64,000 nt of DNA from Utricularia gibba (Eukaryota > Plantae > Magnoliophyta): positions 868,001 to 932,000 of the forward strand of contig NEEC01000012.1 in the NCBI GenBank assembly GCA_002189035.1. The letters are read 5' to 3'. Below, piece by piece: positions 38,951 through 52,290 of the stretch (the first letter of the stretch is position 1; every line of letters begins with the position of its first letter). The notes beneath the pieces were generated by a model, which did not search any database, was not told the DNA's origin, and was given only the letters and a program-made list of their open reading frames with translations. Both the position numbers and the translations under genes were made by a program.

Positions 38951-39178
38951 TTGCAAGTGAATATGGTAGCAATCGGAGGTTATCTCCATGCTCACCACAC
39001 CATATACGAACGGGACTCTGATGAATGGATCAAGCAACGAAAAGGAAACAAGAAGAGTAATTCAATGAATGTAATAATTCCTTGATGTTCAAAAATGTAT
39101 CTTCTCAGCTTATTGAAGAGAGTCCATCCTCAATCATGCATATGGCTCCTTCCACCCCATACACAGGTCACCTTATAC

Positions 39179-39745
39179 TGTTAGAACACACAATCTCACA
39201 TCAGAAAATGAAAGTGGAATAGTCAAGTATATTATAAATTGTAGATCACTTAATAATCAGTTGGGCCTAATGTTTTTTATTGTGATCTACGCTTCTTGTA
39301 TACTTAGCCTTCACGTGTACTCGCCCGACCCATCGGATCCTGAATTTCAATATGGTATCAGAGCATTTGCATTACGACACGGCTTGGGTGGCCAAGATGG
39401 ATTTTGTTCTAGTTTGAGTTTCGGTTAAAAATAAGAAAAAAAAAAAAGAACAAGAAGATGCATTGGGTTTAGGCCACAAAAATTAGATCAACCTATGACC
39501 CGAATACTATCTATAATCACACAAAAAACAAGTCTTAACCGGATCGAAGACAAGTTCGACTTGAGGGCGAGTGTTGGAATACACAATCTCACATCGGAAA
39601 ATGAAAATGCAATAGTCAAGTATATAATAAATGGTAGATCACTTAATAATCAATTGGGCCTAATATTTTCTATTGTAATCCACGTTTCTTGTATACTTAG
39701 GCTTCACGTGTATTCGCCCAACCCATTAGATCCTAAATTTAAATA
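39179..39745 (+). mobile_element. TRIM (terminal-repeat retrotransposon in miniature), 567 bp
   Basis: Two 174-bp LTRs (39179-39352, 39572-39745; about 20 mismatches), tRNA-Met PBS TGGTATCAGAGC at 39353, PPT TTGAGGGCGAG, 219-bp non-coding interior and perfect 5-bp TSD TATAC. Confidence 0.95.
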
Positions 39746-42700
39746 TATACTTTTGAGCTCTTCCACTTGACATTATCATCATGCATGTCTATCGTAGCTC
39801 TGCCTGTCCCCCCCTATGAGTTCATTCAAGGAGTGTTGGGATCCTTCCACCACTGTCCACGAGTTGGCCTTGTATTGCCAAGCACTTCGTGCAACGCATT
39901 GCTACCACAAGTATCATCTACACCTGTGCAAGCCTTTCCATGACCTCTTTTTGGCTCTTTTGTTACCTGACCCTATTGCCATTGGGGTGTACTCCCCAAT
40001 CGTGCAATACTCAAATTAAGGCTTTTTGCCCATTGGAGTCATGCAACACTACTGATAGCAGATATTTTATTAGTATTATTATGTTATAAAAATATAATAT
40101 TTAACAGTAATATTATGTGTCTTAATTATCATTTTGATATTATTTATATTTTAATGTGTAAATGTGAGTTAAATTGATTATTTAAGCTACAATATATTTT
40201 CTAATATTTTTTTTAAATGTTAGTAGAAATTTTATCGAACAAATCAAGTCTAATTTATATGCATAAAATTGATGGGGCTCAACATACAAATAGGGGATAT
40301 GATAGATTAACCTAATCACCCACAATTCCTAGTTCATGCCATGAGTAGTGTGTAGTACATAAAAATGAAGATATATTTTGGGAAATAGAAAAACGAAAAA
40401 ATAAAAATATACTATTTTAAAGAAAATTCAAATACAAGACTAGACACTCCAAGACAGAGTAGGAAGTCAATTCAGGAAGTATTTTAATTTGAAGCTCTTT
40501 CAACATTGAATCTAGCTTTGGGCCATCGTTCCGATATAAGAACAGTAGCTAGTAGAGAACCAAACATGGATTTGTGTTTTCTACTAACTTTCAAACATGG
40601 ATTTTTATGTGGTTTAGTATATGTTATTATATTTTTCTATTTTAACATGAGTTGCGAGACATTGCATGGCATCTTGAAGAAAAAGGGAAATGAGTATAAT
40701 CTTGATCTATGGATCAAAAACTTGTAAATGTTTGTGTGACTTTTCCTTAAAGATCAAGATAGATCCATGAGTAGAAAAGGAAAATGCACCTAACATGGGA
40801 AACTCAACCTTAGAAGTAGATAAAAGAGGTGAGATACATTTTTATCGGTATTTTTTTCTCAAATAGAGATCACTAAGATCGGATAGATCAAGTGTTAATT
40901 ACCTTATGAAATGATAAACTTAAATTTTAGATGGTCTAAGAAACTTAGAAAAAATTAAATCAAAAAATCGTAGAGATTAGTATGGATAAACCTACGTTGT
41001 TACAAGTTCATTAGCACTTTCAAGTACTAAAATTAAAGATTCAGTGATCACATTGCCTTGAAATCTCTAAGGAACTCAAGTTTTTAATTATGTTAAAGTT
41101 AAGATTTAGTGTTTGCTTATTACTTTATGTAATTTTGTATATTGTTGCAGTTATAATCTAATCTATGATTAATTTGGTATTTTGCATCCTATATTCATTA
41201 CACAAATATCAACTCTTTGTGTTCTATTTGAATTGGATTTTATAAATTTTATTTATGCAAAAATTTTAAATTTGTACAATGATCATAAAAGCATAAAGTT
41301 CTTGCGTTGCATGAGTTGCTCTTTTTCTCCCTCAATGACTTTCCTCTCCTTTTCTTCTATGATGATCTCATTCAAGGGACTTTTTTCTAGGGAAATTGAG
41401 TTGCAAGTGATTTGTAAAATACGTGATGTTTTGCAAACCATAACCGAAATAGTTTTATAAATTAATATTAATCTTTTTAAAAACATTTTATTCAAAATAT
41501 TTTTACAATAATTTTTAAAAACATTTTATCAAACTTTTGTTAACTCAAGACCCAAGATCTTTAGGGCTGATCGGATTTAGGGTCCCAAAAACCTGATGGG
41601 CCTAGGGCCTTGGGTAATTATGTTTTTTTTTTAATGCATGGGTATCTTGTAAAACAATTATAAAATGTTTTCAATTATATACTTCAAAACTTATCTCTGT
41701 TTAAACACAATTTTGAATAGATGTGCCTTGTGAAATACAAGACAGTTTTATGGTACAGAATTGATAAAATTCTTTTGTTTGTTTTTTAAGATTGTGGAGT
41801 TCAATTGGGAAATAAGTTATTAGTGATCGGGTTTTTGGCCTAAAGTTGATTGGATTTGGGATTTTCATTTTGAAAAATGAATGGAAATTTTGTTTACAAA
41901 TTTTACCATTGAAAATTCTGATTCAATGTGCCGCATCTCATTGGGGTCGAGTCTACCATGATTCTTTTAATATGGTTGAACATATGGGGTGCATAGCATA
42001 ATTTTTCTATTAGTTAATTTGTAGTTGAAATATTTGATGAGTAATTAATGCTTATTGCTTATTTCTTGTCTATGAGTAGTGACTCATTGTAATTTATATT
42101 GCCTTATTGATTTTAGTAACGTTGTTGTATTACATTTTATGTGTTGTCAAAATGATTACGGTTTCAGAAGAATTAAGAATTGTATCTCTGATATTGCACA
42201 TGCTATAACTGAGCACTTATATATGCTATAACTAAGCACTTGTATAAAGTTTTTTTCATCAAAAGTAATTTATAAATTGAACAAACAAAGCACATTTCAT
42301 TTATAAAGAAATTAATGTAGCAGTAACAACTTCAGATTGATTTACAAAGAGCAAATGGTTTTTAGATGTTGGTCTTGTGCATAAGATATATTAAATAGCG
42401 GGTTTGACTAGAGTGGTTTTCTACTCTAATTAAAATCGATAAAAAACTTCGATTAATCTCTAAACTAAAATTAGATAGCATAGTATGCAAATCAACATTC
42501 CAAGTTACAAACAATGGTGATTGCACTTAATCTGAAATTAAACTTTGAGTAAAGGGACTAAATTTCATAGTGTGTTAAGTGTGCATGCAAAAATAGTTAG
42601 GAAATTGATTTGGCCAACACATTCAAATGATGAAAGCATTCGAACATATTGAACATTACAAACACAAAAGAGCAATATTGTGCACATTCAGGAAATAAAA

Positions 42701-43802
42701 TATAAGAAATAAGATCTGTTACATAATGTTTATTGAAATATATCCAATTTACTTATAAATTTAAGTTAGTAGGATAATAGGATCTTATGTTCTTTACTTG
42801 GGGAGATAGCATTAAGGTCTAAGTTCATGAAGATGTGAATTTGGATGTTGACACTAAGTCAACTTCTACAACATCTTATATTAGTTATTAATTAGAAAAA
42901 ATCTAGATTGTATGTAGAGATGTTATTGGAATTCTTAGGGTGTAGTTTTCATTGTTTGTTTTCTTACTTGTAACTTAAAGTAAAAGTTAAAAAAATTATT
43001 TTACATGATACTTCAACTTCTACTTTATTTTAACTTCTATTTTTACTTTACTTATTAACTACTTCTTATATTTTACATTACAATCAACTTATTTATTAAC
43101 TTATTTCATAGCTTACCAAAATGCTACTTATTTTTAGAAGCATCAACTTATGAAAAGTTTTCCCATCCCTATCCTTTTGAGAGGACAACACGGCATCGTG
43201 ATTCATAGTAAATGTGGCCCTCTTGGATTGGTCCATGAAGGATGGGACCTCCTTACCAGCCCAGCCAACTATGGTTAAAGTTTGAGAAGGGAGCATAGAA
43301 GGAAGGGGGGAGTTAGTTTTTGTTTTTGACATATCGTGTTGATTGGTGACGAAGACACACATAGGAGTACTAAACCTTCCTCAATTCCAAGGGTGATTTG
43401 GGAGTACCAAACCGTCTTGTGGAAATTATATGTTTTCTTTTCAATTATTGTTTGCTTTTGAGTCTAAGTGGACTTCATTGCACTGTAAGTCTTGTTGTGA
43501 ATCACTTTTGCGGAAATTCTACCTTTTGAATGCTATTGACCCTTTGGACCTTCATTGTATTTGTCTTGATTGTTCACAATGCTATATCAGTTTTTTGCAT
43601 CCATGTTATTGGTTATATATGTTTTCACACTTTTTTGTATTACATGAAAATTTTCTAATGCGAATGTATTCAAGTAATGCAATACTTTTTGTATCACATG
43701 TAGAAATTTTCTGATGTAAATCATACTAGTTTAAGTTGCATTCGTGTTATTTAGCAGAACTAGGTTAATTCTATTCAATTTTTATCATGCTTTGTTTCAT
43801 AG

Positions 43803-44860
43803 ATGAAAATAATAGGAGCAAAGTACCAGTTAAGAGAAAGGATATAGGAGCCAAGTGGAATAGCAATAAAACTTATGCTATCTTAGAAACAATGATTCAT
43901 GAGATTGTGAAATGTAACCGACCAACAACAACTTTTTGACCTATTGGTCAAGAGAATTTAGAGAACGCTATCAACCAAAAATATCAAACCAACTACGACA
44001 TGGAGTGCATCAAGAATCGCCACAATGAGCTTCACACCACATAGACACTTTGGAAAAAAAAATTGGTTGATAGGTCTGGTAGAGGATTTTATCCAAATAA
44101 TACTATAAATATGGATGCACAATGGTGGGCTGATCATATTATGTAAGTTTTCTTTACTTGAATGAATTTTTATGATGCGATGTTATTTTTATTCTTTCAA
44201 TGTCAAATTGACTTTTTGTGTTTCCTTTCATGAAAATCCAACCTTCAAAAAGTTCGAAGATAAAATACCTTCACATCAAGTGTTGTTAGCTTAGGTGTTT
44301 GATCTAGTTATACATTTTTGTGTGAAAGAATATGTACCGACCGCAGATATTCATTTGTCTAACAATGAGCCATCTAGGTTAGTGAACAATCAGCTTTGAC
44401 CTAAAGATACAATAGATGCAGATGAATTTTCTTAGCAATTCTAAAGAATGCACACTCTACCTGAGATAAGGGCTCTATATTCTAAGGAGACAACTCCGGT
44501 TCAAAGTAGTAGTTTGGTGATGAATCTAAAAAGGAAAAGATAACACCACTGAATTTCAAAAGAAAGCCAAAGTGATTGAATTAAGGAGTTTTCAAAGGTA
44601 ATAGCTACTTAATCTGCAAAGAATGGAATAGAGAGCCCATAAGCTTTGACGTTTTCGATCGAGAAGTGTGTTCAACTTCTTGAAAACACCACTTCCATTC
44701 AAAATCGTAGTAAACCTACATGAATGCCCTAAAATTATTCAAATATAGAAACATTTGAGAGGTTTTTATGTTCTTGACCAAACCCAAAAATTGGTACAAG
44801 TTCATTGAACAAGAAGCCAAAGAACACATTGGTTTTAGCTCGGGATTTAATGATGTCTCA
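43803..44860 (+). mobile_element. PIF/Harbinger ORF1 (Myb/SANT-like DNA-binding protein), degenerate
   Basis: AKWNSNKTYAILETMIHEIVKCNRPTTTF...IKNRHNELH...SGRGF...INMDAQWWADH fits the plant Myb/SANT-like ORF1 that accompanies Harbinger transposases. Confidence 0.75.
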
Positions 44861-45223
44861 CAACAAGGCCTGATGCTATTTCTCCATCAAAGTTTCTCTA
44901 TATGTGTAATGTATTTTGAATTGAACACATTGCCTTTCATCAGAATATGGAACTGTAATGCTTAGTGTTTTATTTTTTTGTGGTTTCTTTTGAATTGATC
45001 TTCATGCATTTTGAAAAATGCATTACGAATATTGAGAGCTTGTATTTTAATCTCGGGGTTTGTGAGATTGAACCTCTAGATTCAAGAAAATACGTATTCA
45101 GCGTTTGTTTTTTCACTTTGGAATTTGTCAAATTGAACCTCAAGATTTGAGAAAACACAAATTGTGAATTATAAATACTAAAGTTTTGGTGCAAAATTCT
45201 ACCTAACGCTGAATCTCGTTGAT

Positions 45224-46460
45224 ATGGCATTTACCTCCAATCCTCTATATGATGATTTTTCAGATGATGAAGATGGAGTTGCAAGATGTTGAACGGATAA
45301 ATTCATTACAACACAAATTTTTCAAATGAAACTTTTGCAAGATTATCATGAATAATTAAGCAACCAGCTTACGGTCAAGCCACAGGTGGATGGGCTTTGC
45401 TACTATCAATGGTCAATCGACATGATAGTGGAGCATACTCTGAGTTGCGTATGAATAGCACTATCTTCCTAAGATTTTGTGAGTAGCTCATAAATAAGTA
45501 CGATTTAGAGAAGTGCACATATGTCCCTATCAAAGAGGAAGTTGCTATTTTCTTACGTAGGGTGGGCAAAAGAGAAAATTATTCTAGTTTGTAAGAGTTC
45601 TTTTGTTGGAAAAGAAATGTCATTCATACTGCATTTTACAATATACTTAAGGCATGTGATAGGATGACAAAGAATTGAATTACCCCAAATCATGACAACA
45701 CACAGGTTCATCCTTTTTTTCATGAATAGTTCTAAATATTCATGTTTTAGGAAACACATTGGAGCTATAGATGGTACCCATATTAAGGCTTGTATTCTTG
45801 AAAATGAGATGGCACATTTCCCTGGATATAAAGGATACTTCACTCAAAATATTTTGATTGTTTGTGACTTTGATATGCGATTCACGTATATTATGGTTGG
45901 TTATGAAGGCATAAGCCATGATAGCAGAATTCTGAGAGATTGTCTAAGCGAGCCAAGCCTCAACTTTCCAACCATCTCTATAGATAAGTATTATATTGTT
46001 GATGCAGGCTTACGAATACAACAGATTTATGGCACTATATCAATGAAGAGTTATCATATATTAGACTTTTGCCAATGTACTCAGGGAGGTTGCAAGAATA
46101 AGCGTGAATGGTTTAACTATCGACATTCTAGTTTTTGATGTGTTATTAAAAGGTGTTTTGGTGTCTGAAAGAAAAGGTTTCATATGGTGAATGATGTACT
46201 AACAAATATGAAATTTAAGTATCAAGTAAGAATGGTTGTAGTTACAACGGCCATTCATAATTAGTTGCGTCATGTTAACACGGATGATGATGGCTCTCAA
46301 CTGTTGAACTTCCAAGATGAAGAGTGTGGTGAAGAAGAGGACACTGACCTTGAAGAAGAAAAATGAGGAAGAGAGTATGGACCAACTCATGGATATTCTA
46401 TAGGAATCTATTGCAAATAAATTATGAGCAACTTATAATAGAAGAAGAGTGTAATATAAT
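45224..46460 (+). mobile_element. PIF/Harbinger (HARBI1-like DDE) transposase pseudogene; TIRs not resolved
   Basis: EEVAIFL, IGAIDGTHIKA, TQNILIVCDFDMRFTYIMVGYEGISHDSRIL, YYIVDAG and FNYRHSS, with stops and frameshifts. Confidence 0.9.
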
Positions 46461-49130
46461 GAACTCTTGCAAGTTGTATTTTTCATTTCAATGTATTATC
46501 TTGATCATAAAAACATATGGTATTTGATATGTAAAATAAGAGTATAAACGTAATTTGTAATTTGCTTATACTTATATACAATTTACTTCTAACTATATAA
46601 AAATAACTTTGTTTAAATAGTGGATGCCACAGATTTGTACTACTTGCTTGCTATTTATTTTTCTAATAAGTTCTACTTATGAATTAAATATAACTTACAA
46701 AAAAAAATCATACAGACTATATCCTTCATTTATTGTGACCAACTATCACATTTGTGAGAATGTTGAAAATCATCCGAACTCTTATGGCTTGTGCTTGTAT
46801 ATTGCAAAACATTAGTTCAACAATGAGATGTATTGATAATAAAATGTTAACACTATATTTAGCCCAACTTGACTTAGGGCGTTTGTTGTATTTATATTAT
46901 ATCGCATAGGTTATGGCTCATTAATAGTGACTCAATTGGGTTTCCTGGTTCACTTTTGCTTGTTTGCATTGTATCGTTGTGTTTGTAGAGAATTCTGATG
47001 GAGATGGGTTCAGGATCTGATGTTAACATAAAATAAAAGATATTGTATTCCAACATTTTTCATCTAGTACAAATGGAGGCATGCTCCATATATGTCCAAC
47101 AACATAGAAATTTTAAAGTATATAGATTATGAATTCTTTCAATAATATTTTTACCTTTCATAAATCTTTTAAAAAAATATATATCATAATTGCGGGAAAT
47201 ATATATATGTGGAAAAAATAATTTGAATTTTTTCAACAACATATTTTAAAATGATTTACATAAACATTATGTTTTTTAAATAAAATTTTTTATATGTATA
47301 TGCATAAAGAAAATTAGTTTACTAATGTATTTTCTATAAAGTACAAAATTAGTTAATTTTTAATTATTGAACCTTTGAATTTTATAGTGAAAACTTAAAA
47401 AGTAAAATAAAATATTTATTGTAATTTTTTATTAGAAAATCACTATAAAATTTTTAAATGCAAAAGTACAAGTATTTTGGTAATATTGACTAAAATTGTA
47501 TATTTCATAAAAAGAATACATGTATCTTGCCAATCGAAGCGTAACGCATTGGCTTGCAAGGCTCGGTTCCCTCAATAAATTACCCATGTCATATATGTTC
47601 CATTTATGTTTTACCTTAGAAAAAATATTTTCATGAATAATATTTTTATAGCAATTATAAAAAATATGTAAATTATACGAATAAATATAAAAAATATGAT
47701 AAGATAGAATATCTTTATTAAAAAAATGTAATTATACAAGAAAAATATGTATTTTATTCCAAAATTCTCTCTTATTTACATTAAAATTAAACATATCTGA
47801 GGGAGAAATAAAATATTAATTTTAAAAATATATTTAAGTGAAAATAAAATTAAAAATCATAAATAATTTATTTTTACTTTTAACTTCTATTACATATAAA
47901 GTCCAATATATGATTATATAAATAAAACTAAAAATAAATTGTGTTATCTATATAAATAATTTTATTTTTAAAAATAAAAATAAATTTCAAAACAATCGAA
48001 ATTTTTACAGGATATTGATTAAATGATTGAAACAAATAAATTAACTATAAAAAAATAAAAATTGAAACAAAATAAATGTATAATTTATGTGCCATAGAGT
48101 GTTGATATTATATGATTAAACTATGTGTTTGAAACTTTTAACTAAAATATGATATAGAAAAATATTGTTTCATTTTTTTTTCATTTCAATCAAAACATTT
48201 GTCCAAAGATAAGGTAAAATACAAAGTAAAATACATTTATTTGATATTTTTTGGAATAAATCACAAATAAAATTATAAAGATGGGGGATGTTGACTGTGT
48301 TGGGGCGGTGGCCAAGTGCTCTGTTCAGTCGGGCGCGGAGCCGAAAAGGAAAAGAGGTGGAGGGGAGGGTTTGAGGGGTTGTTTAGAATTTTGGGCATTG
48401 TGATTTTACTGTGTAAGAAAAATAAATACCGTCTATGTAAAATTTTTGATTGAGTGTGTGATAAAGAGTGAGATTATGTCTGCTTTTGTAAATGACTCCG
48501 GTTTGGGACTTGCGGTGCGTATGCCGTTTAGTGTGAGTTGCCACTGAAAGTAGCAAACAAATATATACCAAGATATAAATATTAAAATTAAGAATTCTAT
48601 AAATTGAATAAATATATATAAAATTCAAATATATAATAAAGTGAATTATATTACAAAAGATTATATTCAACCAATTATTAATGATCTAAAATGTTTTATA
48701 TACTTCATTATTCTAATTTCAAAATCTCTAAATGATATTATTTATTCTAATATAAAAGACCTTGGGTTAGGGTGACCTGAGTGGACAGACAGTCCCATAC
48801 GTGCAGACCGTGCTGCGTCTGAGTTTTCGGTTTCGCCCATGCCTCTGTCACTTCCTATTATTGCTTCATATGATCACTGAGTTACTGCAGCAAGAACGTA
48901 AAAGAAATCTTGTAGCTGTGTAGAACTTGAGGTAAGAAAATGTCGGCTGATGTTCATCTAGAAAAGCCCGGGATCACAACATTTTTTATTGATGGATACA
49001 ATGGAGATGTGGGGACCCATTTCCTACGTCTCCAACAAAACAAGGAGCTCGCCGGGGGAACAGCATCCACCGAATAGTATACAGTAAGCCTGTATGGCGC
49101 GTTGCGATTATAGAATCAAACAAACTAGAA

Positions 49131-49757
49131 CTAGAAATTCCATAACCGGAAGGTATCCACCTCCTCCTTTGAATCGTCCATCGAATGACGATCCAAGAAG
49201 AAGGTAGTCCCATTCAGCATCACGTCGTTGTAGAAATACTTGGGCGAGTCGAAGTTGCACCAGAATGCACGCCCCTCCTCCTCCTCCTGGGAAAAATGGT
49301 AAAAATCTGTTGACGCTAGCGAGGACAAATGATCGTCGGAGGAAGATTCATCGAGCAACGACGGCCAACTCACGCAGTTGGAGGAGGAAGAGGATTGCGA
49401 TGGAGCCTTGGACGGCCCTGTGGACGCAGCGGCGGCCGCGAACCTTTGGATGGTTTTTGGGGTCATGGGGTCTTGATTGTCAGAAGACAGATGATGCCCT
49501 TGTCTGTCCCTGGAGATTGGGAAGTTGAAACTGGCTGAAGAGCCTTTCAGGCACAAAAGGGCCGCATCGTAAGCCCTGGCTGCAGCTTCTGGTGTAGAGT
49601 ATGAACCCAACCATATCCTGGTTTTCTGATTTGGAGCCCTGATTTCAGAAACCCAGGACCCCCAGCTTCTCATTCTCACCCCCTTGTACTTCTTCTTCAT
49701 TTGACCACCGCCATTGCCATTGCTTGCCCGTGAGGTCTTCTCTTCTGCCTTCACCAT
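49131..49757 (-). CDS. AP2/ERF transcription factor, DREB subgroup A-5 (ERF012/ERF013/ERF014-like), intronless, 208 aa
   Basis: MVK start at ATG 49757; AP2 domain [50 protein letters not shown]; [14 protein letters not shown] motif; C-terminal LWNF. Confidence 0.95.
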   Translation of the reverse strand: MVKAEEKTSRASNGNGGGQMKKKYKGVRMRSWGSWVSEIRAPNQKTRIWLGSYSTPEAAARAYDAALLCLKGSSASFNFPISRDRQGHHLSSDNQDPMTPKTIQRFAAAAASTGPSKAPSQSSSSSNCVSWPSLLDESSSDDHLSSLASTDFYHFSQEEEEGRAFWCNFDSPKYFYNDVMLNGTTFFLDRHSMDDSKEEVDTFRLWNF

Positions 49758-49859
49758 TAAAAACCTGCCTTGGGTTTCTAAGTAGCCCACCCCACCCAAA
49801 CTGAGACAGAGAAGTAAGCTTAGTGTAAAGAGAGGAAGCAGCAGGTAGGCGCATACCGG

Positions 49860-49941
49860 TACTTATATCTGGGTTTAGGAGGTGCAGAGAACATATGAAT
49901 GCTATTTCAAAGGAATAAACAAATAAGCCACCTGTACGCGG
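49860..49941 (-). promoter_or_regulatory. Putative ERF core promoter: TATA-like box and CAMTA-type CCGCGT element
   Basis: On the minus strand, TATAAG near 49862-49867 and CCGCGT at 49936-49941. A second CGCG element (AACGCGTT) lies at 50531-50538. Confidence 0.4.
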
Positions 49942-51799
49942 CATTCAAACCAAAGTCGGGATTTCGTATTCGCATCACATGACACTTTCCTACCCGCCTT
50001 TATCCTCCCTCTGAATTCGTCATGTGTAAGGTCTCACTTGAAAATAATGAACAACAGACCCGGCGAGACTGACCGACCAGATACTCAGGGCCGCTCGCAT
50101 TCTTCCATCTCTTCTTCTTATTGTGATTATTACAGTTGCACAGAATAAGAGAAACTCAGGATTCTCCCAGAAGGAACCTTACATGGCCATATGGCACTTC
50201 AACTCTTAACACATTTGAAGCAGTACGGGGATATGCAAATTTTACTTTTTCTTCAGTATCATTGGTGGGTGCACGTCCCAAACTTTCATACCTTGTTAGA
50301 AATTTTAGAGCGCAATCCTGACTAATCACTGATGCACTTTTTATAGTTAAGACTCCCGAAGAACAAATGCTGTGTTTTTTCACAAGTCACCTGAAGGAAA
50401 ACATTTGTATGGATTCCTGTTTATTTGCAGAGGATTCTCAAGTAAAAGAGAGATGGATGGATGTGGCACTGGCGCATATATCAGTTGACCTTTTGAATGC
50501 GGGAAACAGCTGGAGCTTCACTGTCCTGAAAACGCGTTGAGGAGGAGAAGAAAACTCACTTGCTCCACGTTACCTTCTTCTTCCACTTCATTTACTGTAC
50601 AAGAAGATATCATGAGATGAGATGGGAGCCCACCAAATGTGCATGCTCATTACCTTCCTTACCATTCAAGACGCCTGTCTAGTTTCACACCTTAGTCCTA
50701 TGCTTTTCAATGAAAGAATGCCGCAGATAACACCATTTGAATCTCAACTCAATTCCTTTCTTGTGTTCGAGCCGGTGCCGGTTCCGGTGGTGGGAGGGCG
50801 TACGCCTCATGTACCATCCCCGTTCCGTACGAATTATTTCAGGAAGCTACAGCATATCACATCAAAATCAAGGGTGCCGGCACAGAAAGCTGTAGAGCAA
50901 AAGCCAGCTAATATGTGGACCAGGACAAGACATACCTCCCGGGTCAAACAACATGCTGCACCATAAATGCATGTGCACGCACCCCTCCAAGCACATAACT
51001 TGAGCCATCCTGATGCCATATCCCCACCATCAAAATAACTTGACCAAGCTCCATTTTTAAAAAGAGAAGCTAACGCCCCTGAGATGGAAATGACTATGCT
51101 CACAAACGGGTCCGATTAAGCATATATAAAATATACAGTCAGTGATCCATCCGCATACAAAGGAACCATATGCATACGAGAGGACATAGAACAACATTCA
51201 CTGGAGAAAGGAAAAGCTGGAAAAGTTTCATGCCCAACGTATATAATCACGTCTACGAGATGTACACCGCACACCAAATGGGAAAAACAAATGCGTGTGG
51301 TGGGGAACCAACCATTCACATTTGCCAATTTGTGATGCCAGGCCAAGCCCCTCATTTTGACAGAGCTTTTAGAGCCAACGTGGTTGAGTGATGGACACCC
51401 TGAGCGGCCAATTTCAGCACAGCACGATCTTGGTATAGACTGCAAAAGAGCATCTTCCGTTGATAAAGCACATGATTGAATACCTTTGCATCAAGATGAA
51501 ACATAGCTCAAGGTTCACAGTTTTATATCATGTTTTGGGCAGGAGCACTATCAAACTTATGGGTACACCAGCATTACCAAACTAGTGTGAGTCCCCAAGT
51601 TGCGAGGGTGCAAAACATCCTTCTATAGTGCCAGATACTTAGCATTTTCTCTGATTTATTGGCTTTTTCAAGCATCGTCACCAGGGCAGCATGTTGTCAT
51701 TGCAATAATAAATGAGCCAACACGTTGTCAACAAAATAAGTGATAATAAAGATAAAAATGCCTCCTCATTGGATCAAATCATGATTAAAAGTATTGCAC

Positions 51800-52290
51800 T
51801 AATTGTGATGTAACTTGATTGATTTATATATATAGATTGTTACAGATTGTCAAGATCAAGTGTTGGATAACTTAGGTGTACAAAAGCATTGAATTATGCA
51901 CCCAAAGTTCTGAAGCTTTTCAATTCTCATTGATTAAAAAAAACACGAAAATTGCAAGCCAAAATGTAGTAAAAAGACTTCATAGAAGAATAAAAGTGCA
52001 GGGAAATAAGTGGACTTCGATCATGGGAATGTGTAGGACTATGATATTGATTGAGGGAAGTATGCCGTTGGAAGTGGATAGATTGCTTCCTTCTTGATTT
52101 GGCACACATGGTCCAGCTCACGCCATGTTGTTGATCTAGCTTCAACTTTCAACAAACTCCTTGAAAACAACTCTATTAATGAGTCCTAGTTTGTTCTTCA
52201 AGTACTCAAATATTTCTGCAGACATAGGCTTGGTCATTGCATCACTTGCCTGGTGTTTTTGGGGCAATATTGAATGTAGATTTGGTGATC
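51800..52290 (-). mobile_element. Ty1/copia 3' end (RNase H tail, PPT) and start of 3' LTR
   Basis: Reverse strand reads QASDAMTKPMSAEIFEYLKNKLGL, then TTCAAGGAGTT and TGTTGAAAG. The LTR far end is approximate. Confidence 0.65.

Noticed and set aside
47525-47560. GCCAAT...GCGTAACGC...ATTGGC hairpin resembling a Helitron 3' end
   Set aside because: No CTRR terminus at the expected distance and no identifiable 5' TC end.
49758-49799. ORF-track extension [14 protein letters not shown] of the ERF
   Set aside because: Begins at TTG. The ATG at 49757 gives the MVK start typical of this subgroup.
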